DNA from: a virus
Taxonomy: Duplodnaviria; Caudoviricetes
Virus record (IMG/VR): IMGVR_UViG_3300033406_000016
Span: 1-41,733 of that record
DNA length: 41,733 bases
Strand: one strand, 5' to 3'
Below the pieces are notes generated by a model. It saw nothing but the letters and a program-made list of their open reading frames with translations, had not been told where the DNA came from and searched no databases. The translations under genes and the position numbers were made by a program. Position 1 is the stretch's first letter; each line of letters opens with the position of its first letter. This document shows, in pieces, positions 25,231-33,974 of the stretch.

Positions 25231-26160
25231 TTAATTGCCGAACGCCAGGTAGGAAACCGACGACGAAGCGACCGTAGATTCGAGGAAAACCTGTGTCGTG
25301 GAGGTTGTGTTGCCGATGGTGTTGACGGCCTCCGCGCTACCTTTACTGGTGGTTAAGACATGCCAGAACGCGGTTGGGAAGGCGACCGGGAGTAAATAGT
25401 TTTCACCGCCAGCGGCGGGTGAGCCGCTGCCCCATTGGATCACCAGGCCGCCGGCAAACCAGGCCGGGAAGATGATGTAGCCGTTTGGCCCGAGCGAATA
25501 GGTGGCGCCAATTGCGCCAAGTGTGGTGCGCGCCGTGGCCGCATCGGCATCGTCGAGCAGGGATCTGGCGAAGGCGGTCAGCGTACTGAGCCCCCAAGTG
25601 CCTGGACCGGTGGCATAGAGCATTTTATTGGCAGCGCTTACCAGGCCGGAAATGGCGGTAAGGTCGGTGTTAAGCGGCTGCTTTCCGGCCAACTGGTTTG
25701 TCATCGTGGTGGCGAAGTTGGCATCGTCGCCAAGGGCTGAAGCCAGCTCGTTGAGGGTGTCGAGGGCAGCTGGCGAAGAGTCGACCAGGGCTGCGATGGC
25801 GGCGTCAAGCTGGGCCTGCGAGATGGCGCCGAGGGTTGCCCGGGCGGTGGCGGCGTCGGGGTCGTCGAGCAGGGTGCGGATGAAGGCCGAGAGCGGGGTG
25901 AGAGCGAAGGTGTCGGGGCCTGTGCTGTAGATCATCCGGTCGGCGACGATCGCGAGGGCGGCGAGGGCAGTCAGCGTCGCGTCCAGCGGCTGCTTGCCGT
26001 TGCCGAGTGCTTCAACCTGAGCCTTGAGCCAGCCGGTACGGTTGGCGAGGGCTTTGCCCTGCTTGTTGGCGTTGCCTTCTTCGCCGCCCTTCCAGACGGT
26101 GTCGGTCTCGATGCGAAATACTTCGGCATCGAATTGTTCGAGTTCGTTGAGTGCGGCCAT
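25231..26160 (-). CDS. Short tail fibre protein (gpH position) with gp53-like C-terminus
   Basis: LANRT.WLK, SSPAALDTLNELA.ALGDD.NFATT, NGY...GL.IQWG...LP.AFP...YLAFGN. Confidence 0.88.
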   Translation of the reverse strand: MAALNELEQFDAEVFRIETDTVWKGGEEGNANKQGKALANRTGWLKAQVEALGNGKQPLDATLTALAALAIVADRMIYSTGPDTFALTPLSAFIRTLLDDPDAATARATLGAISQAQLDAAIAALVDSSPAALDTLNELASALGDDANFATTMTNQLAGKQPLNTDLTAISGLVSAANKMLYATGPGTWGLSTLTAFARSLLDDADAATARTTLGAIGATYSLGPNGYIIFPAWFAGGLVIQWGSGSPAAGGENYLLPVAFPTAFWHVLTTSKGSAEAVNTIGNTTSTTQVFLESTVASSSVSYLAFGN

Positions 26161-26169
26161 CGAAGGCTC

Positions 26170-26751
26170 CTAGTTGATGGTGGTATCGACCGCACCACAG
26201 GTGTAGTCGCCGTTACAGGTGATCGAGCCGTCGCAGCGGAAGGCGGCGGCGCTGAAGTCGAGGGATAGCATTTCGGTCGAGAACCGACCGACTGCCTCCA
26301 GCGTGCGCTTGACAAGGTGCGCATCGCCGACGGTCAACGGCTGGAACAAGCGGATGCGGTAGGTGGCCCAGTTGCCGCCGCAGGTGTGCGAGCCATCGCA
26401 GACGACCGAGCCATCGCAACGGATGTAGTCGGTGCGTTCGGTGATCTCGGCGTCGGGCTGGCCGAGGGCGGCAAGGGCGCGGCGAATGGCGCTTGGGGTG
26501 CCCTTGGTGCGGTGAATTTCCGGGGCCTCGGTGATAACAGCCCGCTTTTTCTCTTCGCTCCACAGGTTGTCCCATTCATCGACCGAGACCGCCCAGGCGA
26601 GGTACGGGAGCAGGTCGACCGGGCAGGTGGCGGCGTTCCAAAGGCTGCTGACGACAGAGGGCAGGGCGGCGAGGCGAGCGGCGCCGGTACGATCTATGGC
26701 GCGTTCGAACGGCGTGCTGCTGGGCGGGAGCAGAGTGGCAGGCTGGCTCAT
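26170..26751 (-). CDS. Tail protein I
   Basis: LLPP..T.FER, CP.DLLPYLAWA.SVDEW, H..KGT..AIRRAL. Confidence 0.92.
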   Translation of the reverse strand: MSQPATLLPPSSTPFERAIDRTGAARLAALPSVVSSLWNAATCPVDLLPYLAWAVSVDEWDNLWSEEKKRAVITEAPEIHRTKGTPSAIRRALAALGQPDAEITERTDYIRCDGSVVCDGSHTCGGNWATYRIRLFQPLTVGDAHLVKRTLEAVGRFSTEMLSLDFSAAAFRCDGSITCNGDYTCGAVDTTIN

Positions 26752-27641
26752 TCGACGCCGATGATGCGGACGGTGATGCCGGTGCAGTAGGGGGCCTGGC
26801 CGGGCGTGCAGATGATGTCTGCCGGCGGGCTGTTGATGATTGCCTTCTTGACCCCAGGCTTGTGTGCGGCCGCCTTGATGGCGCTATCCACGATGTCATT
26901 GCCAAGCAGGTGGTTTGCGGCGGCTAAGGCGGCGAGCGATGTTTCTGCGGCCGGTTTGGCGACTTCGCCGGCCGGTCCGGCGAACAGAACAAGGTCGATG
27001 TCGAGGTTGTATTCAATGATGGCGGCTGACGTTGCAACAACCTCATCGCACATCGGGCGAATGTCTTCGGGCGTCAGGGCGGCGCTGACTGCGGCGAGCA
27101 GTTCGGCGTCGGCTGCACCGTTGCCAGTGCGGGAAAGCACGAAGACTTCGACCGTGCCGGATTCCGGGCGAGTAGCGCGGGCATCCTTGACCAGGCCAGA
27201 GGCGGACATGGCGTGAAAACGGTAGGCGTCACGCGGCCCGGCGACTGATTCGCTTTCCGGCTGCAGCTGCAGGCGCATGCGATATTCGTCGTGGGATTCC
27301 ATGACGGCCGGTGTTGGCGGAATGGTGCTTTCATCAGCAGGTGTGACGACGAGGCGTTCGGTGCCGTTGAAGTAGGTGACCCCGATGTGGTCGAGATCGG
27401 CGCCGGTGGAGAAGGCGAGCAGCAGGGCGCGCGCTTCGTCGTTGTAACGGGCGCGAAGCAGCAACTCGCGGTAGGCCATGCTTTCGAGCAGCTTGACGAC
27501 CGGGTCGGACTCCAGGTCGATACTTGCGGCAGCGGCCGGGTAGCGTTCGACGAAATCTACCCTGGCTTCGGCAACGATGGATTCAAAGGCGATGGTTTCG
27601 ACGACCTCGGGGGCCGGCAGGGAAGAGAGATCGACGCTCAT
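26748..27641 (-). CDS. Baseplate assembly protein J
   Basis: VDLS.LPAP.VVE, LESDP..KLLE, SVAGP..AY.FHA, RP.CDEV. Confidence 0.95.
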   Translation of the reverse strand: MSVDLSSLPAPEVVETIAFESIVAEARVDFVERYPAAAASIDLESDPVVKLLESMAYRELLLRARYNDEARALLLAFSTGADLDHIGVTYFNGTERLVVTPADESTIPPTPAVMESHDEYRMRLQLQPESESVAGPRDAYRFHAMSASGLVKDARATRPESGTVEVFVLSRTGNGAADAELLAAVSAALTPEDIRPMCDEVVATSAAIIEYNLDIDLVLFAGPAGEVAKPAAETSLAALAAANHLLGNDIVDSAIKAAAHKPGVKKAIINSPPADIICTPGQAPYCTGITVRIIGVE

Positions 27642-27976
27642 TGCAGGGGCACGGAGATGTTGAGGCGCTGGCCGGCGCGCGGGCCGGTACGCTTGGTGGC
27701 GGTGAGGTCGATGGTGGCGGTGCCGTCCATCTCCTGGGCAAGGGCGACGCTGGTAATGGTGACGCGCGGCTCCCAGCGCAGGATGGCCATGTAGGTGGCG
27801 GCCTGCAGGCGCAGGTTATTGGCCTGGTTTCCCGGGTGGTCGATCAGGTCGGGCAGCAGGGAGCCGTAGCTGCGGCGCATGACGCGGCTGCCGACCGGGG
27901 TGAACAGGATGTCGGCGATGGATTGCCGGATGTGGGCATCCTCGTCGATGGCAAGTCCGGTGCGGCGGTCGATCAT
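27638..27976 (-). CDS. Baseplate wedge protein W (gp25-like)
   Basis: HIRQSI.DIL.TP.GSRVMRR.YGS, RWEPR. Confidence 0.95.
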   Translation of the reverse strand: MIDRRTGLAIDEDAHIRQSIADILFTPVGSRVMRRSYGSLLPDLIDHPGNQANNLRLQAATYMAILRWEPRVTITSVALAQEMDGTATIDLTATKRTGPRAGQRLNISVPLQ

Positions 27977-28653
27977 ACGGGGCCTCCGGAGGTGCCGCCG
28001 CCTGGATACACGCCGTCGTGTTCGTGGTCGTCGAGGACGATGCCGTTGGATTCGATGCGGCCGCCGGTACCAACTTGCACGACGTTCTCTTGTTCCAGCA
28101 TCCCATCGTGGTGACGCATGTTCCCGCTGATGGTGCTGCCGTTCTCGCCGGCGTAACCGGCCAGGCCGTTGTTGTAGGTGAGCAGGTCGTCGGTGGTGTG
28201 GCAGCCGGTGTCATGGACGATCGGCGTGTCGAAAGTGACCGATTCCCCGGCCCTGAAAAGCAGTGTTTCGGCGGCGTCGACCGTAGCGCTCCGGATTCCG
28301 CTGATATCGAGGTGGCTGGTGGCGTGGTCGTAGCTGAAGACGGCGCCGTCATGGAACTTGATGACGTGCTTGACCGGGTCGTGGCTCGGGGTGTCGATGA
28401 CGTCGGACGGCGCGCCGTAGATGACCATGCCGTTTTCGACTTCGCCGCTCGGCGAGAAGACGACGCACTGCTCGCCGATGGTCGGCGGGTTCCAGGTAGT
28501 GGTCTCGCCGGCCCGCGCTTCGAACCAGCGCAGCCACTCGGTAACCAGCTTGCCGCTCTTCACCCGGCAGCGGCGCGCGGCGTGATCCACCGAGTGCACG
28601 GTACCGAAGCGGATGAGGTTTTCCAAGCGGCGGGAGAGTTCGACGAGATCCAT
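27973..28653 (-). CDS. Baseplate spike protein V
   Basis: LENLIRFGTV, W.PP..GEQ....PSG, C-terminal HEH..V..G. Confidence 0.95.
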   Translation of the reverse strand: MDLVELSRRLENLIRFGTVHSVDHAARRCRVKSGKLVTEWLRWFEARAGETTTWNPPTIGEQCVVFSPSGEVENGMVIYGAPSDVIDTPSHDPVKHVIKFHDGAVFSYDHATSHLDISGIRSATVDAAETLLFRAGESVTFDTPIVHDTGCHTTDDLLTYNNGLAGYAGENGSTISGNMRHHDGMLEQENVVQVGTGGRIESNGIVLDDHEHDGVYPGGGTSGGPV

Positions 28654-28673
28654 GCCGCCGAGGATGCCAGCCT

Positions 28674-28719
28674 CGCGCGCGGGTGGGGCATGTGGCCGGG
28701 TGTGGGGCGGCGGCCTACA
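28674..28719 (-). promoter_or_regulatory. Late promoter upstream of V (Ogr-type)
   Basis: CGCGCGCG at 28674 and TGTGG-N9-CTACA dyad at 28701. Confidence 0.6.
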
Positions 28720-29170
28720 GCCGATCGGCGAGGTGGGCGACCGAAAGTTCCATGATCAGGGCTTCATCAGCGGCGCTGACGCCGAGCAGCTGGCGCTCAG
28801 GGTATTGCACTTCGAGGCCGGTCCTGCGGTTGACCTTGTCGCGCAGGCCAAATTGGTGGACGCGGGCGATGCGTGATACCTGGTCGGTAAAGGCGACGAT
28901 AGCGGCGTCGGGCGTGCCCTTGGCCTTGAGAAAGCGGCCGGTGCGCAGCTTGGCGAACATTTGCCGGCGGATCTCGCCCTTGCGGTGCCGTAATTGCGAC
29001 TTGCGCTCCAGGTAGGCGCTGCCGTCCGGGTTGAGTTGAGTCGCGATGCGTTTTTGCTGGCTGATGCGCAGGCGCTGGGCGATCCGGCGGGCTAGTTCGG
29101 CACGCTGGCCGGGTTCGAGCGTGGCGAGCAGGTCGGCGGCAAAGGCTTCGAGCGCCGACAGTTCGTTCAT
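28715..29170 (-). CDS. Tail completion protein S
   Basis: LR.SQQKRI..Q.NPDGS.Y, IARVHQFGL, YP.RQLLG. Confidence 0.93.
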   Translation of the reverse strand: MNELSALEAFAADLLATLEPGQRAELARRIAQRLRISQQKRIATQLNPDGSAYLERKSQLRHRKGEIRRQMFAKLRTGRFLKAKGTPDAAIVAFTDQVSRIARVHQFGLRDKVNRRTGLEVQYPERQLLGVSAADEALIMELSVAHLADRL

Positions 29171-29631
29171 GGCAGCACCGGTTCGCCGGCGAGGTAAAGC
29201 TGCCAGTTGATGGGGCCGTCGAGTTCCGGCAGCGGCGGCTCGCCGATATGCTCGCACTGGTAGCCGCCGCCGGCCTGCGCCTTGACCAGTACGCGCTCGC
29301 TGAGGTCGAGCGTGAATTCGATGTCGGTCTTGTCGTGGTCGATAGGCTCGGCGCGGAAGCTGGCAATGTTGTCGCGCAGCTTTTCGTCGAAGAGCAGGTT
29401 GGGCTGGTTTTCCAGCACCCAGACGAGCAGCGGGACGATGATGACGTCGGTGCTTTCGGCGAAGTCGGTGAGGACGATCTGCAACTGGTAGCGGTATTCG
29501 AAGGACAGCGAGGCGCCAAAGCGGCTGGCGATGCGCCCGTTTTCGATGAACAGGTGGAGCTTGTCCGGATTTCTGGCGAGGTCGGGCACCCAGAGTGTTA
29601 GGTGGGCGCGCAGGTCAGCGGGCTTTTTCAT
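29167..29631 (-). CDS. Tail completion protein R
   Basis: MKKP..LR, NPDKL.LFI..G, SLSFEYRY, LSERV.V. Confidence 0.93.
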   Translation of the reverse strand: MKKPADLRAHLTLWVPDLARNPDKLHLFIENGRIASRFGASLSFEYRYQLQIVLTDFAESTDVIIVPLLVWVLENQPNLLFDEKLRDNIASFRAEPIDHDKTDIEFTLDLSERVLVKAQAGGGYQCEHIGEPPLPELDGPINWQLYLAGEPVLP

Positions 29632-29878
29632 CGGCCGTGCTCGTCGAGGGCAGCGTAGCGGCGCTGCCAGCCGGCGAGCTTGGCAATGGCGTCGCGGCAG
29701 ATCTTGTAGTTGTCGCCGACGGTTTGGAGGGCGGCAGTGTCTTCAACGGGGGCGTCTTCTCCAGCAGCCAGGCGTCCGGTTTCGGCGAAGGCGGGGTCGC
29801 CGGTGGCAGCGGCGTCGTGGCGCACGCGCCAAGTGCCAGGCAGAAGGCAGCGCTGAGCAGCCAGGGTGACGGTTTCAT
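29615..29878 (-). CDS. Rz1-like o-spanin lipoprotein embedded in Rz in an alternate frame
   Basis: MKPSPWLLSAAFCLALGA-C lipobox, Pro-rich mature part. Confidence 0.75.
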   Translation of the reverse strand: MKPSPWLLSAAFCLALGACATTPLPPATPPSPKPDAWLLEKTPPLKTLPPSKPSATTTRSAATPLPSSPAGSAATLPSTSTADEKAR

Positions 29879-30137
29879 AGCGGGTGATCTCCCGGGTGAT
29901 GATGCGGTCCTTGGGGGCCTGCGCGGCGCGCAGGGTTCCGTTTTCTGCGGTAAGCCCGTCGGCGATGCCTTGCCGGGCGACGATCTCACCGGCGTAGGCA
30001 ATGGCGATGTCGCGCTCGGCCTCGGCCTTTTCGCCTTCGGCAACGTGCCTGCCGTGCCGGTAGCCGGCGAAGGCGGTGAGGACGATAAGGAGCAGTCCGG
30101 CCAGCAGGCGGACGGCGATGGATTCAAGCTTCAGCAT
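29628..30137 (-). CDS. Rz-like i-spanin
   Basis: N-terminal TM followed by coiled coil, directly after the endolysin. Confidence 0.75.
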   Translation of the reverse strand: MLKLESIAVRLLAGLLLIVLTAFAGYRHGRHVAEGEKAEAERDIAIAYAGEIVARQGIADGLTAENGTLRAAQAPKDRIITREITRYETVTLAAQRCLLPGTWRVRHDAAATGDPAFAETGRLAAGEDAPVEDTAALQTVGDNYKICRDAIAKLAGWQRRYAALDEHGR

Positions 30138-30936
30138 GGGCGGCAGCCTGTTCCGTCGGGCTGTGCCGCTCGTAGGCGCGGGCCAGCTTGACGTCGTAGA
30201 GGTTTTCTTTATAGGCCGGGCCGTTGTAGCCGCGGGCGAACTCGGCCCACTTGCGGGCCTTGAGCGCCTTGAGCAGAGCCGGCTCGCTTTCGATGAAACG
30301 GCAGAAGGCTTCGAGTTGGGCGGCTTCCGATTTCTTCATCTCGCCGACGAAGGTCTCGATCGAGGCGTAGCCCAAGGTTTCCCAGTGATAGCCCATGATC
30401 TGGAACTGGCCCCAGCTGCAGGCGCCGTACGCGATGTCGGCGGGCAGTACCTGCAGGGCCGTGGCCAGGCGCGACCATTCGGCGGCACCGCCGGCATAGC
30501 CGCCGCGCTGCGCGTTGAGCACGTTGGGGCTGCGTTGCCAGAACAGTTCAGGGGCGAGGTCGGCCTCTGCGGCCAGGCGGTAGGCAACGTGCCGCTCGTA
30601 AAGAATGACCGGGCGGCCGTCATCGAGAAAGCCTCGGCCGCGCGATTCGACTTCATTGACCGCCTTGATGGCGGCGAGCTGGACGCCCAGGCGCTGGGCG
30701 GCCTTGACCAGGTCGGCCTCGCTCAACAGGCGCGGGTCGCGCTCGCGGCTGATTAGGGTGGCGATGGTCTTGGGGCCGACGATGCCGTCTGCAACCAGGC
30801 CAGCGCGCTGCTGCAGGGCCTTGACGGCGGCTTCGGTGGCGTCGCCAAACCAGCCGTCGGCCTCGATCTTGAAGCCGGCGGCAATGAGTTGGCGCTGCAA
30901 CTGGGCGACGTGGGCGCCGGTTTCGCCGTTACGCAT
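30124..30936 (-). CDS. Modular endolysin: PG-binding domain plus N-acetylmuramidase (DUF3380 type)
   Basis: DG.FG..TE.AV...Q....L.ADGIVGP.T; VESRG, ILYERH, SWGQFQIMG, FARGYNG. Confidence 0.93.
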   Translation of the reverse strand: MRNGETGAHVAQLQRQLIAAGFKIEADGWFGDATEAAVKALQQRAGLVADGIVGPKTIATLISRERDPRLLSEADLVKAAQRLGVQLAAIKAVNEVESRGRGFLDDGRPVILYERHVAYRLAAEADLAPELFWQRSPNVLNAQRGGYAGGAAEWSRLATALQVLPADIAYGACSWGQFQIMGYHWETLGYASIETFVGEMKKSEAAQLEAFCRFIESEPALLKALKARKWAEFARGYNGPAYKENLYDVKLARAYERHSPTEQAAAHAEA

Positions 30937-31219
30937 GATGGACTCCCGATCGCTGGCGGGCGAGGTAGAGGACGCGGCGCTCGCAAATGAGGAGAAGGGC
31001 GATGCCGGCGAGCACGGCGAGGGTGATCGGGTCCATGCCCGCCCCGGCTGGGATGGCGAAGATGAAGCCGATGGCGGCGCCGGCCAGGAGCAGCATGGCG
31101 TAGCGGACCATCCAGTGGGTGGCATCGGTCATCCGTGAAATTGCCTGTTCGGCCCGCCAGAGGACGAGGGCGGCGCAGATCAGTCCGGCCAGGTTAAGCA
31201 AGTGCTGGGCGATGCTCAT
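30929..31219 (-). CDS. Holin/antiholin-like membrane protein
   Basis: 96 aa with three hydrophobic segments, directly upstream of the endolysin. Confidence 0.65.
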   Translation of the reverse strand: MSIAQHLLNLAGLICAALVLWRAEQAISRMTDATHWMVRYAMLLLAGAAIGFIFAIPAGAGMDPITLAVLAGIALLLICERRVLYLARQRSGVHHA

Positions 31220-31575
31220 GCGAGATCCTCCGCTTTCTTCTGGGCGGTGCGCAGCAGCGCCGGCCCGATGACCTTGTGGGTGAGAAAGCCGATAGCCAGG
31301 GCGCATGGAAAGCCGACGATGACGCTCGGGACGGCGGCCGGCCACCAGGCAAGGCTGGTGACGAAGAGGACGATGGGCGGGCTGACCCAGGTGGCGACAA
31401 GGGCGGCGATGACGGCCGACGAGAAGCGCTGGTGCCAGGGCAGTTCCGGCAGGTAGCTGTTGTACCACCAGCAGCCGACGAAGCCGGCGGCGAGCAGCAC
31501 CGGGTCGAGGCCGGTGGCAATGCCTAGGACGTAGAGACCGCCGGAAGCGATGAGTGGGGTGGCGGGTTCGGCCAT
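31216..31575 (-). CDS. Holin-like membrane protein
   Basis: 119 aa multi-TM with charged C-terminus, after X. Confidence 0.65.
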   Translation of the reverse strand: MAEPATPLIASGGLYVLGIATGLDPVLLAAGFVGCWWYNSYLPELPWHQRFSSAVIAALVATWVSPPIVLFVTSLAWWPAAVPSVIVGFPCALAIGFLTHKVIGPALLRTAQKKAEDLA

Positions 31576-31579
31576 TGTG

Positions 31580-31783
31580 TCAATCCCAGAGTTGAATGAG
31601 GGTTTTAGTGGTGTTGGCAGGCGCCGTATCAGGCAGGGTGACCGGCGTGCCTTCGGGCAGGGTGGCGCCGAGGGCGGCCAGGCCCGGGTTGTCATCGAAG
31701 ACCTGCTCGACCGCGGCGCTGCTGCCCAGGTGACGCCAGCACAGGCTGTCGACGCTGTCGCCCTGGTGCGCGATGACCTGCAT
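31580..31783 (-). CDS. Tail protein X
   Basis: A.QGDSVD.LCWRHLG...NPGLA..G..LP.GT.V.LP...IQLWD. Confidence 0.95.
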   Translation of the reverse strand: MQVIAHQGDSVDSLCWRHLGSSAAVEQVFDDNPGLAALGATLPEGTPVTLPDTAPANTTKTLIQLWD

Positions 31784-32247
31784 CAGATGAGTTCCACGGT
31801 GGTGCGCGGCCGGCCGGCGATATCGGCAATGGCGTTGAGGTGGTCGCGGCGGTGGTCGTCGATCGGATCGGTCAGACCTTCGGCCTTTTTGTCGCCTTTG
31901 CCGGTGGCGTCGAAGTCGCGCTGGCGTTCGAGCAGCAGCGCCTTGGCCAGGCAGCCGACGGCGCGGCGGTAGCGATGGACGAGGATGCTGGTTTCGTCGA
32001 TCTCTTCAGCCGGCACGACTGCGAGCTCGGCGTGGCCGTTGAGGAGCTGCTGGGTGGTGCGCCAGCCGGCCAGGGCATCGTTGGTGGTGGCAATGGCTTC
32101 GATCAGGGCACCGCGCAGACGAGCAGGGGTGATCGTGTTGTCGATGCGCTGGTCTTCGCGGATCTGTGCCGGGTCGATCTCCGGCCAGAAGGCGCTGGAG
32201 GTGATGGGCGTTTCAGCGGTGGTCGGCGTCGGTGCGTGAATGATCAT
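31783..32247 (-). CDS. Head completion protein L
   Basis: FWPEID, RID.TIT.ARL, YRRAV, DAT.KG, RTTVELI. Confidence 0.93.
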   Translation of the reverse strand: MIIHAPTPTTAETPITSSAFWPEIDPAQIREDQRIDNTITPARLRGALIEAIATTNDALAGWRTTQQLLNGHAELAVVPAEEIDETSILVHRYRRAVGCLAKALLLERQRDFDATGKGDKKAEGLTDPIDDHRRDHLNAIADIAGRPRTTVELI

Positions 32248-32249
32248 GG

Positions 32250-32432
32250 TCAGTTGGCCTGAATGCCGGCAAGAATGACAACCTTGTCGTGCTCGTCGTG
32301 CGTCAGTTGCTTGGGCGGCAACGCGACGATGCGGTCGCGCAGCTCGACAGGCCAGTTGCCATGATCTGGATACTGCTTCCGATGGGCGACCAGGTGGTCG
32401 ATCAGGGCGTCGAGGGAGGCGGTCTGGGTCAT
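32250..32432 (-). CDS. Small hypothetical protein
   Basis: 60-aa ORF between the SGNH gene and L. Confidence 0.5.
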   Translation of the reverse strand: MTQTASLDALIDHLVAHRKQYPDHGNWPVELRDRIVALPPKQLTHDEHDKVVILAGIQAN

Positions 32433-32452
32433 CGTGCTGAGGGGATTAGAAA

Positions 32453-33868
32453 TCAGGCTGCGGCCTGAATCTGATTGAACACACCGACATACTGATCCTT
32501 GATCGCCTGATAGCCGGCAGCGTTTGGATGACGACCTTCGTTTGTCAGAGCGGCGACCTGTCGGGCAGGAGCGCCGTTGTCTGTAATAGCTGCATCACGG
32601 TCAATCACCAGCGCCCCAATCGAACGAAGTGCGAGCAAGCGAGCATTCAACGTCTTGCGCTCGTTGTCCTGTGCAAGGGTCAGCGTGTATTCCGGAATCG
32701 CATTGACGACAACCGGCAGAACTCCAAGCGATAGCGCGTAATTGACCGTCGCCAGAATATCGGGCCACTGCGACAGGATCGCTGCCCCGGTATCGTTTGC
32801 TGACCATGACGGGATAATCGCGACATCGATATTCGCATTTGCAATGTGCCACTTCGCCGTTGCCCTGGAGGCAGTCGAAGTTTGACCAGATACACAGTGA
32901 TTCGCGTAAAACAGAGGATTGCTCAGCGAACTCATTGATGCTTGAGCGAGGAATCCCGGCGATACATGCCCTGTATTCTGGTCAGTCCAGCCTTGACCGC
33001 GTTGCGTCGAGTCGCCGAACTCGCTGATCTGCACGGCTGCCGATCGGTGCAAGAACTCAATCGCCTGGATGCCGAACCAGCCATTGCTGGCAATTGCCGC
33101 CTGCGCGGCGATGGTGGTGACGTTATCGCCTGCCGTCAGCGATGACCGGAAGCGAAGGCCAGATGCAGCCGCCTGCGCATCGAACACCGCCGCTTCGTTT
33201 GCTCCGGATACAGAGATAACGTTTGCGCCGGATGGCAAGGCATTGCGGCACTGAATGATTGGGTTTTTCCCGCCGTCTGCGCGATCAAGGCTTGATACTT
33301 GCGCCCAGTCGGATATAGCGAAGCCCGGTACAACATTTGCGCCAGAGCCTGACTGTTTGGCCTGGACGGAAAATGATGTCGGCGTCTGAGCGGTAGCCGG
33401 CGGCATGCTTTTCAAGCCATTTGCCGAAAATGAACCCTGAACCCAAGTGAGCGACGCACCGTCGTCGCCAAAGTTCGCCGCTGCGGCGAATTTCAGATTT
33501 CCAAGGGTAAAGGCAGACGCCCCGCCGTTCGAGATGATAGCCCGCACAAAATCAAACTGAGCCGGGGCTTCGATTTCATGCGCAATCGTGTATGCCGCGC
33601 CAATAGCTGTAAAGCCCGCGCCGTGAAACACCGAGCGTGAACCGATCAGCGAGCGGGCAATCCGGCGCTTCATTGGCCCAAGCTTCTGGGCGCCTGCCGA
33701 TAATTCAATCACCCCGGTGACAGGATGCTTTTTCGGCGTTACTACGTCGTCAAGTCGTCCAGACATGAACTCCTTGAGATTCGCCAACAGTTCATCCGTC
33801 GTCGCTGGGGCAAGCGTCTTGTCGATAGTGGCTTCGCGTTTTTGGCGGGCTGGGGTTTTGGAGGCCAT
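32453..33868 (-). CDS. SGNH/GDSL hydrolase-domain protein inserted in the head operon
   Basis: FGDST (block I), N..VSGQTS (II), ANDT (III), EGRHPN..GY (V); ~280-aa beta-rich N-terminal region. Confidence 0.8.
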   Translation of the reverse strand: MASKTPARQKREATIDKTLAPATTDELLANLKEFMSGRLDDVVTPKKHPVTGVIELSAGAQKLGPMKRRIARSLIGSRSVFHGAGFTAIGAAYTIAHEIEAPAQFDFVRAIISNGGASAFTLGNLKFAAAANFGDDGASLTWVQGSFSANGLKSMPPATAQTPTSFSVQAKQSGSGANVVPGFAISDWAQVSSLDRADGGKNPIIQCRNALPSGANVISVSGANEAAVFDAQAAASGLRFRSSLTAGDNVTTIAAQAAIASNGWFGIQAIEFLHRSAAVQISEFGDSTQRGQGWTDQNTGHVSPGFLAQASMSSLSNPLFYANHCVSGQTSTASRATAKWHIANANIDVAIIPSWSANDTGAAILSQWPDILATVNYALSLGVLPVVVNAIPEYTLTLAQDNERKTLNARLLALRSIGALVIDRDAAITDNGAPARQVAALTNEGRHPNAAGYQAIKDQYVGVFNQIQAAA

Positions 33869-33889
33869 GGTGCTTTCTCTTCTTCAGGT

Positions 33890-33953
33890 GGGCGGTGGTC
33901 GGGTGGCGGGCCGCTGGTCAAGGAGGTAGCCAGTGGTGCCACCCAAGCCGCCC
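33890..33953 (-). other. Long imperfect hairpin downstream of M
   Basis: Nested pairings GGGCGG/CCGCCC, GGGTGGC/GCCACCC and CTGG/CCAG. Confidence 0.6.
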
Positions 33954-33974
33954 GGGTGCGGGGTCCGCTCTTTG

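Noticed and set aside
24662-26160. Diversity-generating retroelement or invertible tail-fibre cassette
   Set aside because: No reverse transcriptase, no invertase, no inverted second fibre tip, and the two fibre repeats do not differ only at adenines
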